From an uncultured delta proteobacterium (GTDB lineage: Bacteria; Myxococcota_A; UBA9160; SZUA-336), in NCBI GenBank assembly GCA_963704165.1, contig CAVPHD010000003.1, positions 224,001 to 288,000 of the forward strand: a stretch of DNA of 64,000 nucleotides, written 5' to 3'. Position 1 is the stretch's first letter, and every line of letters begins with the position of its first letter. Under the pieces are notes generated by a model. It was not told the origin of the DNA, ran no database searches, and was given only the letters and a program-made list of their open reading frames with translations. The translations under genes were made by a program, and so were the position numbers. Below, one piece after another: positions 45,387-60,708 of this stretch.

Positions 45387-46313
45387 CTAGAGCTCGGCTG
45401 CGGGTTCGAACCCACGCCGACGCAGCAGCCGTCGCAGAAAACCGGGTTTGCTCTCGCGCGCGCTGCCGTCGCGACCTCGCGCTTGTGGAATCTCCAGGGC
45501 GCCCTCGACGAGCTCGAGATCTCGCGCCGCAGCCTCGACCATCTCTGCGGAAACGCGCTTCGACTGGCGCGAGAACGCGACGATCAGTGCGTTGTCGCAG
45601 AGCACGTTGATCACGCGCGGAATCCCGTGCGAGAAGCGATACACCGCGCGCTCCGCGGCCGCGGTGAAGACGTCGCCGCGCGGATGGCCCGCCACCGTCT
45701 GGCGCTCGCGGATGTAGGCTGCGGTCTCCTGCATGTGCAGGGGGCGGATCGAGTGGCGCAGCTCGACGCGCTGCCGCAGCTGGCGGAGCTGCGGTTGGGC
45801 GAGTTTCTCTGCCAGCTCCGGCTGACCGACGAGCATGATCTGGAGCAGCTTCGACTGCGGCGTCTCGAGGTTCGAGAGCATGCGGATCTCTTCGAGCAGC
45901 GCCTCGGAGAGATTCTGCGCCTCGTCGACGATCAAGAGCGTCTTCAAGCCCTGCTCGAGTCGATCGATCAGATGGCGGTTCAAGCGCGAGAGCGCGGCGC
46001 TCTTTCGGAAGGGCTCGACGGGCTCGATCTCGAGCTCGTCGAGCAGCGTCACGAACAGGTCCTCGACCTCGAGCGAAGTGTTGAAGATGAACGCGGTCTG
46101 CACGTTCGACTCGAGCCGCTCGAGGAGCGCATTCAGGATCGTCGTCTTGCCCGTCCCGACCTCGCCGGTGAGGGTGATGAAGCCCTTCCGCTCCTGCACC
46201 GCGTAGACGAGCGTCGCCAGCGCCTCCGCGTGCCCCTCCGACATGAAGAGGAAGCGCGGATCCGGGTTCACGCGGAACGGATCCGAGGCGAATTCGAAGA
46301 AGGCGTTATACAC
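45387..46313 (-). CDS. ExeA-like AAA ATPase (PEP-CTERM/EPS-associated type)
   Basis: PF...PDP, GEVGTGKTT, VDEAQNL, GQPEL, GIPRVIN. Confidence 0.9.
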   Translation of the reverse strand: MYNAFFEFASDPFRVNPDPRFLFMSEGHAEALATLVYAVQERKGFITLTGEVGTGKTTILNALLERLESNVQTAFIFNTSLEVEDLFVTLLDELEIEPVEPFRKSAALSRLNRHLIDRLEQGLKTLLIVDEAQNLSEALLEEIRMLSNLETPQSKLLQIMLVGQPELAEKLAQPQLRQLRQRVELRHSIRPLHMQETAAYIRERQTVAGHPRGDVFTAAAERAVYRFSHGIPRVINVLCDNALIVAFSRQSKRVSAEMVEAAARDLELVEGALEIPQARGRDGSARESKPGFLRRLLRRRGFEPAAEL

Positions 46314-47781
46314 GCGCGGCTCCGAAGCGAAGCAGGCGGAAGCGTCCCGCCGGCCGTGCCGCCATCGCCACCTCGGGCACCGCCGCGAGCACGGGAAGAC
46401 CGAGCGAGTTCTGCAGGTCCACCACGCTGTGGAAGCTCCGGTCGCTCATCTCGCGGAGCACGAGCAGTCCGAGTCCGAACATCATGCCGAGCAGCGTTCC
46501 CGCCGTGAACCAGACCGGGCGGTTCGGGCTGATCGGCGCGGTCGGGATCTCGGCCGACTCCACCACCCGGAATCGCTCGCCCTTGTTGTTGGTCTCGATC
46601 GTCTTGCCGATCTCGGCATCGACCTGCTTGAGCTGCAGCGTGCGAATCGACTCGTTGATGTTCTTGTACTGCTGCTCGAGGTGGTCGAGCTCGGCGGCGC
46701 GCCGCGGCGTGTTCTCGATGCGCTGCTCGTACTCGGCGATGTCGGCCTTGAGCCGCTCCACCTCGCCCGCGAGCACCTTCGCGGAGACCTCGTAGTCGCG
46801 CAGCTTGTCGCGCATGGCGAGCTCTTCCTTGGAGGCCGGCGCCGCCTGGTCCTGGTTCTCGGCGATCAGATCGTCGAGCTGCACGATCTCGGCGCGCACG
46901 TGGATGATGTCCGGGTGCTTCTCGGTCTTGCCCTGCGCCAGCTGCCGGTTCAGCTCGATGATGAGCGTGCGCTTGCGCAGGCCCGGGTCGCTCTGATCGG
47001 AGGTGGTGGCGAGGCGCATCTCGGTGAGCGACTCGGTCAGAAGTCGATGCTGATCGCGCGCCTCCTCGAGCTTGGCCTCGGTTCCGGCCAGATCGAAGCG
47101 GTTGCGCTCCAAGCGGTCGCGATTCAGGAGCAGCTGCTCGGGCAGCTCGCCCTGGAAGTTCTCCTTGTAGTCCGTGATCTGGCGGGCGACGTCGGCGAGG
47201 CTCGCGCGCGCCTTCTGGAGCTGCTGGTCGAAGAACTCCATGGTGCCGTCGGCCAGGCTCGTGCGATCACGGAGGTTGGCCGAGATGAAGTCGCGCGCGA
47301 GTCGGTTGGAGACCTCGGCGGCGATCTTCGGATTCGAGAAGCGGAACGCGACCCGGAACGAGTTCAGCTCGATCGGCTTGCGCGGATCGACGATCGCCGG
47401 CGGAAGGGGCGCGATCGAAATCCGCTGGCGCATCTCCTCGACCTGGACCTCGCGCGCGGTGGTCTCGCCCGCGAAGAGGTTGAAGTCGGTGATGATGCTC
47501 GAGAGGCTGTCTCGTGCGAGCAGCTGAAGCTTCAGGTTCTCGTACCGCGTCTCGGTGTCCGACGCGATCGTGTTCGGCGCGAGCTTGTCCGGAATGACGG
47601 GAGGCTCGACGGTGACCGTCGCGACCGCCTCGTATTCCGCGGGCAGCGTCAGCGCCAGCACCAGCGAGGCCACCACCCCGATCGCCATCGGGACGATGAA
47701 CCACCACCGCCGGCGGCGAAGTACCCCATAGATGTCGCCGAGACTCAACCCGGCTTCGTTGCGCGTGTCCCTGGCGGCCAT
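46306..47781 (-). CDS. Polysaccharide co-polymerase (Wzz/GumC-type)
   Basis: Two terminal TMs, coiled coil, TEKHPD, GERFRVVE...PISPNR. Confidence 0.9.
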   Translation of the reverse strand: MAARDTRNEAGLSLGDIYGVLRRRRWWFIVPMAIGVVASLVLALTLPAEYEAVATVTVEPPVIPDKLAPNTIASDTETRYENLKLQLLARDSLSSIITDFNLFAGETTAREVQVEEMRQRISIAPLPPAIVDPRKPIELNSFRVAFRFSNPKIAAEVSNRLARDFISANLRDRTSLADGTMEFFDQQLQKARASLADVARQITDYKENFQGELPEQLLLNRDRLERNRFDLAGTEAKLEEARDQHRLLTESLTEMRLATTSDQSDPGLRKRTLIIELNRQLAQGKTEKHPDIIHVRAEIVQLDDLIAENQDQAAPASKEELAMRDKLRDYEVSAKVLAGEVERLKADIAEYEQRIENTPRRAAELDHLEQQYKNINESIRTLQLKQVDAEIGKTIETNNKGERFRVVESAEIPTAPISPNRPVWFTAGTLLGMMFGLGLLVLREMSDRSFHSVVDLQNSLGLPVLAAVPEVAMAARPAGRFRLLRFGAARV

Positions 47782-47881
47782 TCTTACGTCCTCTCTCTCC
47801 CAAGCGCGGATCGCGCTCTCGTGGGTCGAGACAAACGGCAGCCCCTGGTCTCGATCCCAGGGACGCCCGGGTCGGGCATCA

Positions 47882-47898
47882 TGCCACAAGCGTGCCAA
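47882..47898 (-). promoter_or_regulatory. Sigma54 (-24/-12) promoter of the EPS core operon
   Basis: TTGGCACGCTTGTGGCA: GG-N10-GC, about 100 nt upstream of the ATG at 47781. Confidence 0.82.
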
Positions 47899-48000
47899 GA
47901 GCCCGGATGCCCAAAGCGCCCGGTGCGGGGGGAGGTGGGAAGATGCCTACATATTACGGGAAGCGCACGTACGTCGGCGAGGGGGGCGGCGGCCGGCAGC

Positions 48001-52728
<4,728 letters not shown>

Positions 52729-52734
52729 TCGCTC

Positions 52735-53580
52735 CTAGTCCCGGTGCGCCCGTCGCGCGATCACGCGCGCGTAGGCGTCGCGCTTGGAGAGCCCGGTCTC
52801 GTCGGCGAGGCGGCGGGAAGCGTCGCGCGCCGAGAGACCCGAGTCGAGCAGTCGGTCCGCCTTCCCGTCGACGTCCTCTGGAGTCGCCGCGAGCGGCTCG
52901 TCGTCGGGAGGACCCTCGACCACGATCGTGAGTTCCCCCCGCAACTCCTCGAGAGAGAGACTCCCGAGACTTCCACGCAACACCGTTTCGTGACGCTTGG
53001 TGAGCTCGCGGGCGAGCGCGACCCGCCTCGGGCCGAGGGCGGCGTGGAGATCCGCGAGCGTTGCGCTCGCGCGATTCGGGGCTTCGAAGAGAACGAGCGT
53101 TCCCGGAAATGCGGCCAGCGCGGCGATCGCCCGTGCGCGATCCGCGCCCTTCCGCGGCAGGAACCCGGCGAAGGCGAAGCGCCGCGTCGAGAAACCGCTC
53201 GCGACGAGCGCGGCCAGCACCGCCGACGGTCCCGGGACCGGAACGACGGGAATCCCGGCGTCCAGCGCCGCGCGCACGAGCCGCTCGCCGGGATCGGAGA
53301 CGAGCGGCGTGCCCGCGTCGGAGACGAGCGCGATCGAGTCACCGCGCGAGAGTCGATCGATCAGCTCCGGCACGCGTCTGGCCTCGTTGTGCGCATGCAG
53401 GGAAACGCGCGGCGTCGGGATCGCGAAGCGCTGGCAGATCAATGCGGTGTGACGCGTGTCCTCGCACGCGATCAAAGACACCTCGCGAAGCACGCGCTGC
53501 GCGCGCGGCGACAAGTCCTCGAGATTCCCGATCGGCGTCGCGACGACGTAGACGGTCGCGACCGGGTCCGGTACGGTCAC
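52735..53580 (-). CDS. rsmI: 16S rRNA C1402 2'-O-methyltransferase
   Basis: VATPIGNLED, CEDTR, SDAGTP, ARELTK. Confidence 0.95.
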   Translation of the reverse strand: MTVPDPVATVYVVATPIGNLEDLSPRAQRVLREVSLIACEDTRHTALICQRFAIPTPRVSLHAHNEARRVPELIDRLSRGDSIALVSDAGTPLVSDPGERLVRAALDAGIPVVPVPGPSAVLAALVASGFSTRRFAFAGFLPRKGADRARAIAALAAFPGTLVLFEAPNRASATLADLHAALGPRRVALARELTKRHETVLRGSLGSLSLEELRGELTIVVEGPPDDEPLAATPEDVDGKADRLLDSGLSARDASRRLADETGLSKRDAYARVIARRAHRD

Positions 53581-53610
53581 GTCGCCTCACCCCGAAGACG
53601 AGGCCAGCCC

Positions 53611-53997
53611 ATGTCCGAGAACGATTCGGGGAACACGCGCGCGCGAGGCGCCGCCGGCGAGGCGCTCGCCGCGCGACATCTGGAGCGGATCGGCCTTCGC
53701 ATCATCGCGCGCAACGTACACCTTCGGTACGCCGAGCTCGATCTGGTCGCCCGGGACGGCGCGACGCTCGTGATCGTCGAGGTGCGGCTGCGCTCGAGCG
53801 CGCGCTTCGGCTCGGCCGAGGCGTCCGTCGATGGCCGGAAGCAGCGGCGCATCGCCCGCGCGACAGCGGAGCTGATCGCGCGCGGCGGACTGCCACGATT
53901 CTCGCGCGTCCGATTCGACGTGGTGGCGATCGACGCGAGCTCGACGCCGCCGGTCCTGACGCATTTTCGCGACGCGTTCACGGCGGACGGATCCTAG
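53611..53997 (+). CDS. yraN: YraN family protein
   Basis: GAAGE, ELDLVA, VEVRLR, RFDVVAI. Confidence 0.9.
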   Translation: MSENDSGNTRARGAAGEALAARHLERIGLRIIARNVHLRYAELDLVARDGATLVIVEVRLRSSARFGSAEASVDGRKQRRIARATAELIARGGLPRFSRVRFDVVAIDASSTPPVLTHFRDAFTADGS

Positions 53998-55901
53998 AGC
54001 TCGAAGCTCTTCCCCGCGTGCTCGGCCCAGGGCGCGGGCGAGGTCGCGACCTGGATCACCTGCACGACCGATGCGAGGCGCTTGAACGCGCGCGCCAACG
54101 CCCGCTGCTCGGCGTCGCCGCGCGCGGGTAGATCAGGACCGATCAGGAGCGGAACACGGCGATCGGCCGCGAGCGCCTCGAGCAGCGCCAGCTGCACCGC
54201 GAGTCGAACCAGCTCACGCTCCCGATCGGGAAGCGCCGCGAACGGCTGCTCGTCGCGCTCGACTCCGCGCAGAATCCAGGTTCCGCGATCGCCCGCGCGC
54301 GCATTCGTGAACGTCCCCATCGAGAGCGCGCGCAGGTAGACCGGCAGAATCGGAACCAGACGCGCGCGAAGCTCGGCCTCGCTGCGATCGAGCGCGCGCG
54401 AAGCGGCGGCGATCAGGACTTCGGGGCCGATCCCTTCGAGCGTCGGCTCGGGATTCTCGTCGGGTTTCTCGAAGAGGTCGACCGCGGTATCCGCGTCGAA
54501 CGGCGCCCGTGCGGGTGCGATCGCGACCGGCGGCTCCGGAAGCTCCAGCGGCGGCACGTCCGTCGGACACGCATCGAGGGCCGCGCGCGCTTCGCGTACG
54601 GCCGCGCCATCTTCGCCGTCGTGAATCGCTTGCTCCAGACGCTCACGTTCCGCGCGAAGCTCTGCGGTGTAGGTCTCTTCGATCTCCGCGATGCGCTGCT
54701 TCAGCCGATCGGCTCCCTCTCGTTTCTCCGCGAAGCCCCTCGCGGCGGCCTTGAGATCCTCGAGCGAGCTCACCCCGAGCGCAAGCATGAGTCCGCGGAC
54801 CTGGGCTCCGTCGCTCTCGAAGCGCCGCTCGGACGTGCGCTCTCGGACCCGGAGCACGGCGAGCAGGGTCTCGATCCGGTTGAGCTTCGTTCGCACGATG
54901 CGCGTAGCGACGAAGGCGACGAGCAGCGAGAGGATTCCGACCGCGGCGAGCGCGTACCCGATCGGATAGCCGACCGCTCCGGCGGCGGTCCCGGCGATCC
55001 CGAGCGCGAGCCCGAGCGCAATCGGCACGAGCAGACGACGCGGCGAGAGCCGAAGCCGCGCGCGATCGGCTAGCAAATCAGCGCGCGTGTCCTCGACGAC
55101 CGCGCGCTCCTCGTCGTGCTGCGTCGCGAGTAGACGGAAGGCGGCGAGGCGCGCATCGAAATCATCGGCCAGGTCCGCGAGCGGGGAGTTCTCCTCGAGC
55201 TCCGCCAGGCTGGCTTCGTGCTCCCGCACGAGCGCACCTCGCTTTGCTTCGAGATCGCGAAGCTCGCCGAGTCTCACTTCGTCGCGGACGCGATCCACTG
55301 CCACGCTTCGCAGCGCCACTCCGAGCTCCGTCTCCAGCCGAGCACGCTCGCGCGCGAGCGCGCTGATCCGCTGCTCGCGCTCGCTCAGGATTCGCGCCCG
55401 CTCGGCCTCGATCCGGGCCGCCGTCTCGTCCGGACCCGGTCCCGGCTCCATCTCTTCGGGGACGGGCGGGCGGATCGCTTCGGCTGCACCGAGCCCCGCG
55501 GGAAGTCCCGAGCCGAAGACGTGCAGCAGCTCGAATTCTTCCGCGCCGGGAAGCCCCAGCGTTTCGAGCTGCGCCTCGACGTCGTGCGGGCCGCTCGCGA
55601 CGGCTCTGGCAGGTCCACCGTTCGCAGCGAGTCGACCGAGCGAGATGCGTCCACGCGCGAAGTCCGCGGCGACCAGGCATCCGTCGGACCGCAGCGCGAG
55701 CGTCAGAACGGCACGTCCGCGCGAATCGATCTCGGCCACGCGGGCGCTCTCGGGGTGGAGCAGCGCGCGTGTCAGCGCGAGCAGTCTTCGAGCGGTCTCA
55801 GGCTCCGAGACACGCAGGACCGTGTAGCCGGGATCGAGAGCGAGCTGATGATCGCCGCTCGGCGAGGTCAGTCCGCGAAGCTGGATCCCGTGGACCCTCA
55901 T
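53994..55901 (-). CDS. Degenerate SMC/SbcC/YhaN-like coiled-coil membrane protein
   Basis: ABC-head-like N- and C-termini without intact motifs; coiled coils flank two hydrophobic helices; coupled to the rplS stop. Confidence 0.6.
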   Translation of the reverse strand: MRVHGIQLRGLTSPSGDHQLALDPGYTVLRVSEPETARRLLALTRALLHPESARVAEIDSRGRAVLTLALRSDGCLVAADFARGRISLGRLAANGGPARAVASGPHDVEAQLETLGLPGAEEFELLHVFGSGLPAGLGAAEAIRPPVPEEMEPGPGPDETAARIEAERARILSEREQRISALARERARLETELGVALRSVAVDRVRDEVRLGELRDLEAKRGALVREHEASLAELEENSPLADLADDFDARLAAFRLLATQHDEERAVVEDTRADLLADRARLRLSPRRLLVPIALGLALGIAGTAAGAVGYPIGYALAAVGILSLLVAFVATRIVRTKLNRIETLLAVLRVRERTSERRFESDGAQVRGLMLALGVSSLEDLKAAARGFAEKREGADRLKQRIAEIEETYTAELRAERERLEQAIHDGEDGAAVREARAALDACPTDVPPLELPEPPVAIAPARAPFDADTAVDLFEKPDENPEPTLEGIGPEVLIAAASRALDRSEAELRARLVPILPVYLRALSMGTFTNARAGDRGTWILRGVERDEQPFAALPDRERELVRLAVQLALLEALAADRRVPLLIGPDLPARGDAEQRALARAFKRLASVVQVIQVATSPAPWAEHAGKSFEL

Positions 55902-56302
55902 GCGTCCGGAGTCGTCGCTTCCTTCGCTGCCGGTGTCGCGGTCTCGCCGCTCGTCGTCGCGAACGCATCGCGCTCCTTGATCCTCGCGGCCTTGCCGGAC
56001 AGCTGGCGCAGGTAGGTGAGCCGGGCGCGCCGGACGCGTCCACGCGCCTTCACCTCGATCTTGGCGATCGTGGGCGAGTGCAGCGGGAAGATGCGCTCCA
56101 CGCCGACGCCGTACGAGACCTTGCGCACCGTGAAGCTCGCGGAGCTCCCGCCGCGCCGACGCTGCAGGACCACGCCCTCGAAGACCTGCACGCGCTCCTT
56201 GTCGCCTTCCTTGATCCGCACGTGCACACGCACCGTGTCCCCCGCACGGAAATCAGGGTATTCCTTCGCTCCGATCTGTCCGACTTCGGAAATCTGTCTC
56301 AT
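55898..56302 (-). CDS. rplS: 50S ribosomal protein L19
   Basis: [37 protein letters not shown]. Confidence 0.97.
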   Translation of the reverse strand: MRQISEVGQIGAKEYPDFRAGDTVRVHVRIKEGDKERVQVFEGVVLQRRRGGSSASFTVRKVSYGVGVERIFPLHSPTIAKIEVKARGRVRRARLTYLRQLSGKAARIKERDAFATTSGETATPAAKEATTPDA

Positions 56303-56997
56303 CACTTCGCTCCCTTGGATTCGAGTAGATCGGGCCGGCGTTCGCGCGTCAGCCGTTCGGCCTCTTGCGCGCGCCAGCGCTCGATCTCTGCGTGGTTGCC
56401 CGAGAGCAGTACCTCGGGAGTTCCGAGCCCGCGGAACTCGCGCGGGCGGGTGTACAACGGGTGTTCGAGCCGATCGCCCGAGAACGAGTCCGCCTCGGCC
56501 GAGACCGGATTTCCGATCACGCCGGGAACGAGTCGCGTCACCGCTTCGGTCACGACCAACGCCGCTAGCTCCCCCCCTGCGAGGACATAGTCCCCGATCG
56601 AGAGCGACTCCGCACCCGTGGCCGCAAAGATCCGCTCGTCGAAACCGGCGTAGCGGCCGCAGAGCAGCACGAGCTGGCGCTCGCCGGCGAGCTCTCTCGC
56701 GAGCGCCTGATCGAAGCGGCGGCCGCGCGGGCAGAGCGCGATGATCCGAGCGCCCGGCTTCGCGATCGCCTCGATCGCCGCGACGACCGGCTCGCACTTC
56801 AGAACCATCCCGTCGCCGCCGCCGAACGGAGCGTCGTCGACGGTGTGGTGGCGGTCGCCCGCGAACTCGCGCAGATCGGTCACGCGGACGTCGAGCACGC
56901 CCTCGCTCCGCGCGTGTCCGAGCAGCGAGCCGGCGAGGAAGTGCTCCACCAGCTCGGGGAAGATCGTGACGACGTCGATGCGCGGGCCGGCGCTCAT
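56302..56997 (-). CDS. trmD: tRNA (guanine37-N1) methyltransferase
   Basis: [36 protein letters not shown]. Confidence 0.96.
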   Translation of the reverse strand: MSAGPRIDVVTIFPELVEHFLAGSLLGHARSEGVLDVRVTDLREFAGDRHHTVDDAPFGGGDGMVLKCEPVVAAIEAIAKPGARIIALCPRGRRFDQALARELAGERQLVLLCGRYAGFDERIFAATGAESLSIGDYVLAGGELAALVVTEAVTRLVPGVIGNPVSAEADSFSGDRLEHPLYTRPREFRGLGTPEVLLSGNHAEIERWRAQEAERLTRERRPDLLESKGAK

Positions 56998-57584
56998 CGG
57001 TCGGCCCCCGCGAGGAGCTCGCGCGGCGGGTCGATCCAGAGCTCGCCGTGCTCGCGCTCGAGCCGGACGATCCACTCGGCGACGACCGGCAGAAGCAGGT
57101 CGGGTCGGCCGTCGCTTCGGATCACCAGAACGTCCGCGCCCGCGGTCGGGAGGATCTCGGCGATGCGGCCGAGCTCCGTGCCGTCCGCGGCTCGCGCCAG
57201 GAGTCCGATCAGATCGCGCCAGTAGAACTCGCCCTCGGGCAAGGACCGGATCAATTCAGGGGGAACCAGGACGGCGGCATCGACCCAGATCCGGGCGCGG
57301 TCTCGCGAGTCGATGCCCTCGAGAAAGAGTCGCAGGCGGGTCCGGCCCTGTGGCCCGTCACCGGCCGGCTCGGCGCTCTCTACGCGAAATGGAATCGTGC
57401 CGGGAGCCGAGCGCAGCGCGATGGTCGAGGCCGAGAGGAGATTCGTCGGGTCGTCGCTATGCAGCGAGACGAGCAGGCCGCCGTCCAAGCCGTGCGGCCG
57501 AAGCACTCGGCCGAGCTCGACCCAACCCCGGCCGGCGACGCCAGGCGCCGCTTCGATCTCGTTCGCTCTCCCGCTCGCTGTCAC
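56994..57584 (-). CDS. rimM: Ribosome maturation factor RimM
   Basis: [29 protein letters not shown]; operon position. Confidence 0.92.
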   Translation of the reverse strand: MTASGRANEIEAAPGVAGRGWVELGRVLRPHGLDGGLLVSLHSDDPTNLLSASTIALRSAPGTIPFRVESAEPAGDGPQGRTRLRLFLEGIDSRDRARIWVDAAVLVPPELIRSLPEGEFYWRDLIGLLARAADGTELGRIAEILPTAGADVLVIRSDGRPDLLLPVVAEWIVRLEREHGELWIDPPRELLAGADR

Positions 57585-57587
57585 GGC

Positions 57588-57857
57588 TCAATCCTGATCG
57601 TCCTCGTCAGCGTCGCCGTTCTCGTCCTCGTCGTCGTCGTCCTCGCCGTGTCCGGCGATGTCGAGATCCCAGCCGTCGCCGTTCACGGCCAGCAAGGTGC
57701 GGATGGCCTTGGCGGTCTTTCCCCGCCGTCCGATGATCCGGCCGACGTCGTCGGGTGCGAGCCGGAGCTCGATGACGTGATCGTCGGCCGCGTGAACCTC
57801 GACCTCTTCGGGTTCTTCGGCCAGAGTGCGCGCGATGAAACTGACGAGCTCTTTCAT
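57588..57857 (-). CDS. khpA: KH-domain RNA-binding protein (KhpA)
   Basis: DDVGRIIGRRGKTAKAIR; between rpsP and rimM. Confidence 0.88.
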   Translation of the reverse strand: MKELVSFIARTLAEEPEEVEVHAADDHVIELRLAPDDVGRIIGRRGKTAKAIRTLLAVNGDGWDLDIAGHGEDDDDEDENGDADEDDQD

Positions 57858-57869
57858 CGTCGCCCTCGC

Positions 57870-58130
57870 CTAGCTCGCGCTCGGGGCCGCGGCCTGCGCG
57901 CGCTTCTGCCGACGAATCAGCGATGCGACCGTGTCGGAGAGAGTGGCTCCGCGCTCGACCCACTTCGCGAGCGAGGCTTCGCGCAGGTCGATCGACCCGT
58001 CCCCGCGCGGATCGTAGGTGCCGAGCTGCTCGAGCACGCGTCCCTGGCGCTTCTTGCGCGAATCCATGACGACGATGCGGTACGAGGGCGTGTTCTTGGC
58101 TCCGGTGCGATACAGGCGAACTGTGACCAT
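57870..58130 (-). CDS. rpsP: 30S ribosomal protein S16
   Basis: MVTVRLYRTG...YRIVV...LGTYDP...GATLSDTV. Confidence 0.96.
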   Translation of the reverse strand: MVTVRLYRTGAKNTPSYRIVVMDSRKKRQGRVLEQLGTYDPRGDGSIDLREASLAKWVERGATLSDTVASLIRRQKRAQAAAPSAS

Positions 58131-58185
58131 GGAAGGACTCCGAGAGCGGCGAGTTGGGTCGGCCCAGACGGGCGAAGGGGCGAAG

Positions 58186-58383
58186 CTATAAGGGCTTCTG
58201 GCGTGCGTCAACCTTGGCGGCCCGGGCCGCGTCCTTCTCCCGCGAGCACGTCTCACAGGCGTAACGGACGACGTGGCGCTGACCGAGCCGGTCGTAACCG
58301 GCGTCCAAGGCCACTCTGCGCACGCGGACGGCTTCGCGGCCGCAGAAGTCGCACTTCAGGGTGGTCGGCTTGCGTTCCCGCAT
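58186..58383 (-). CDS. Small 4-Cys zinc-ribbon-like protein (65 aa)
   Basis: CDFC...CETC; extended -10 TGCTAACGT upstream. Confidence 0.65.
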   Translation of the reverse strand: MRERKPTTLKCDFCGREAVRVRRVALDAGYDRLGQRHVVRYACETCSREKDAARAAKVDARQKPL

Positions 58384-58422
58384 CTCCGGCGCGGACGTTA
58401 GCACGTCGGGTACCCTACGGAC

Positions 58423-58788
58423 GTGCCGCACCGTGACGATTTCCGACGCAACCAGAGAACGCGCCCTGCGCCCCACCCGAAGCGCCGGCGCGGTCCACCC
58501 GAGTCGATCGCCGACCTGCTGCCGCGCATGCTCGAGGAGGTCGGCCTGGGCGCGACGGCGGTGGCCGTCCAGGTGATTCGCGCGTGGGACGACGCTGTCG
58601 GGCTCGAGTTCGTCGATCACTGCCGCCCGGACGGGGTTCGAAACGGCGTGATCCAGGCGCGCGTGCGCGACTCCTCGTGGATGCAGCGCTTGCAGCTCGA
58701 AAAGCCGCGCATTCTCGCCTCCCTGCGCGAGCGCCTCGGCGACGCGGCGCCCGCGGATCTGCGGCTGCGAATCGGCTCGCTGGACTAG
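58423..58788 (+). CDS. DUF721/DciA family protein
   Basis: WDDAVG...HCRP...SSWMQRL pattern. Confidence 0.8.
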   Translation: MPHRDDFRRNQRTRPAPHPKRRRGPPESIADLLPRMLEEVGLGATAVAVQVIRAWDDAVGLEFVDHCRPDGVRNGVIQARVRDSSWMQRLQLEKPRILASLRERLGDAAPADLRLRIGSLD

Positions 58789-59381
58789 CGAACCAGGGCC
58801 GCCTCGATCTCGGAGAAGGCGATGGCGCCGTCTCGGAGCCGGGTCAGCGCGCCGTCGGCGTCGATCGCGACGACCGTGGAGGGAGCGAGTCCGGAGGCCG
58901 GCTCACCGCCGAGGACCGCGAGCGCCGCGCCGAACTCGCGCCCGACGTCGTCGGCGGTCGCGCACGGCGCCTGGCCGCTGCGATTGGCGCTGGTCGAGAC
59001 GATCGGGAATCCGGCTGCACGCGCGAGCGCTGCGGCCCCGGCGTGCGAGGAGCAGCGGAATCCGACGCCGAGCGGCGTGCGCACACCGTCGAGGCGGGGA
59101 TCGGCGACCGGAACGACCAGGGTGAGCGGACCGGGCCAGAAACGCTCGGCGAGAGCTCGCGCCGCGGCCGGGAGCGGATCGCCGTGGCGTGCGAGCGCCG
59201 CCGCGTCGGCGATCAGGATCGAGAGCCCGCGCTCGGCGTCGCGGCCCTTCAAGGTCCGCAGCCGCGCCAGGGCGGAGGGCGAGAACGCGTCGGCGCCGAG
59301 GCCCCAGACGGTCTCGGTCGGATAGGCGACGACCTGGCCATCCGCGAGGCGGCGGACCGCCTCGTCCAGCGAGACGATCAC
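58785..59381 (-). CDS. tsaC: L-threonylcarbamoyladenylate synthase (YrdC/TsaC)
   Basis: YPTETVWGL, KGR, WPGPLT, STSAN. Confidence 0.92.
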   Translation of the reverse strand: MIVSLDEAVRRLADGQVVAYPTETVWGLGADAFSPSALARLRTLKGRDAERGLSILIADAAALARHGDPLPAAARALAERFWPGPLTLVVPVADPRLDGVRTPLGVGFRCSSHAGAAALARAAGFPIVSTSANRSGQAPCATADDVGREFGAALAVLGGEPASGLAPSTVVAIDADGALTRLRDGAIAFSEIEAALVR

Positions 59382-60661
59382 GCGCGTCGCGTCTTGGGCA
59401 CGCGCGCGGCGATGTCGCGCCGGTAGTGCACGCCATCGAACTTCACGAGCGCCGTGAGCTCGTAGGCGCGCGCCCGCGCGGCCGCGAGCGTCGCGCCGCG
59501 CGCGGTCACGCCCAGCACACGGCCGCCCGCGGTCTGCCAGCGGCCGGAGACACGCCGGGTTCCCGAGTGAAACACTTTTGCGTCGGGTAGGCCGGCGAGC
59601 GCGTCGAGCCCGCGGATCTCGCGTCCGGACGGATAGCTGCGCGGATAGCCCTCGCTCGCGAGCACCACGCAGACCGCCGGATCTCCGAAACGCACGGGCA
59701 CGGAATCGTCGGGAAGACGACCCTCGGCCGCTCCGACCAGCAGCGGCACCAGGTCGCTCTCGAGCCGGAACAGGAGCGACTGCGTCTCCGGGTCGCCGAA
59801 GCGCGCGTTGAACTCGATCACTCGCGGGCGTCCTGCGTCGATCATCAGCCCGACGAAGAGCGCGCCTCGAAACGGCCGGCCTTCGGCGAGCATTCCCGCG
59901 ACCGTCGGGCGGACGATCGTCTCGACGATCTCGCGCTCGACGCTCGCGTCGATCGGCGCCGCGGGCGAGTACGCGCCCATGCCGCCGGTGTTCTCGCCGC
60001 GGTCCCCGTCGAGCGCGCGTTTGTGGTCCTGCGCGTGGGAGAGCACGACGAAGCGCTCGCCGTCGCAGAGCGCGTAGAAGCTCGCCTCCTCGCCGACGAG
60101 CTGTTCCTCGATCACGACTTCCGCGCCCGCGGCGCCGAATCGCCGCTCGCGCATGATCTCGCCGATTGCGCGCTTCGCCTCGTCGGGGTCCGCGCAGACG
60201 AAGACGCCCTTCCCCGCCGCGAGCCCGTCGGCCTTCACCACGCACGGCCCGCCGAGCGCGACTACGTGCGCTTCGGCCTCGTCCGCCTCGCGGAAGCTCG
60301 CGAACGCCGCGGTCGGGATGCGGTGACGCGCCATGAACTCCTTCGCGAAGTGCTTGCTCGACTCGAGTCGCGCGGCCTCCGCGCTCGGGCCGAAGACCGC
60401 GACGCCCGCATCGGTGAGCCGGTCGCTGATGCCAGCTTCGAGCAGATCCTCGGGGCCGACGACGACGAGCGAGACGCCCTCGCGCTTCACCAGCTCGAGC
60501 ACCGCGCGCGGATCCCGCGGGTCGATCGCGAAGACGCGCGCGTCCTCGGCGATGCCGTCGCTGCCCGGCGCGCAGAGCACCGCATCGACGAGGGGACTGC
60601 GCGCGATCGCCCACGCGAGCGCGTGCTCGCGGCCGCCGGAGCCCAGGACGAGCACGCGCAT
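59378..60661 (-). CDS. purD: Phosphoribosylamine--glycine ligase
   Basis: GSGGREHA, KADGLAAGKGV, NTGGMG, EFNARFGDPE. Confidence 0.97.
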   Translation of the reverse strand: MRVLVLGSGGREHALAWAIARSPLVDAVLCAPGSDGIAEDARVFAIDPRDPRAVLELVKREGVSLVVVGPEDLLEAGISDRLTDAGVAVFGPSAEAARLESSKHFAKEFMARHRIPTAAFASFREADEAEAHVVALGGPCVVKADGLAAGKGVFVCADPDEAKRAIGEIMRERRFGAAGAEVVIEEQLVGEEASFYALCDGERFVVLSHAQDHKRALDGDRGENTGGMGAYSPAAPIDASVEREIVETIVRPTVAGMLAEGRPFRGALFVGLMIDAGRPRVIEFNARFGDPETQSLLFRLESDLVPLLVGAAEGRLPDDSVPVRFGDPAVCVVLASEGYPRSYPSGREIRGLDALAGLPDAKVFHSGTRRVSGRWQTAGGRVLGVTARGATLAAARARAYELTALVKFDGVHYRRDIAARVPKTRRA

Positions 60662-60708
60662 GCTTCCCTCCGAGTGAGGTCCCGATGTACGCGGGCGCGA
60701 CGCGGGAA

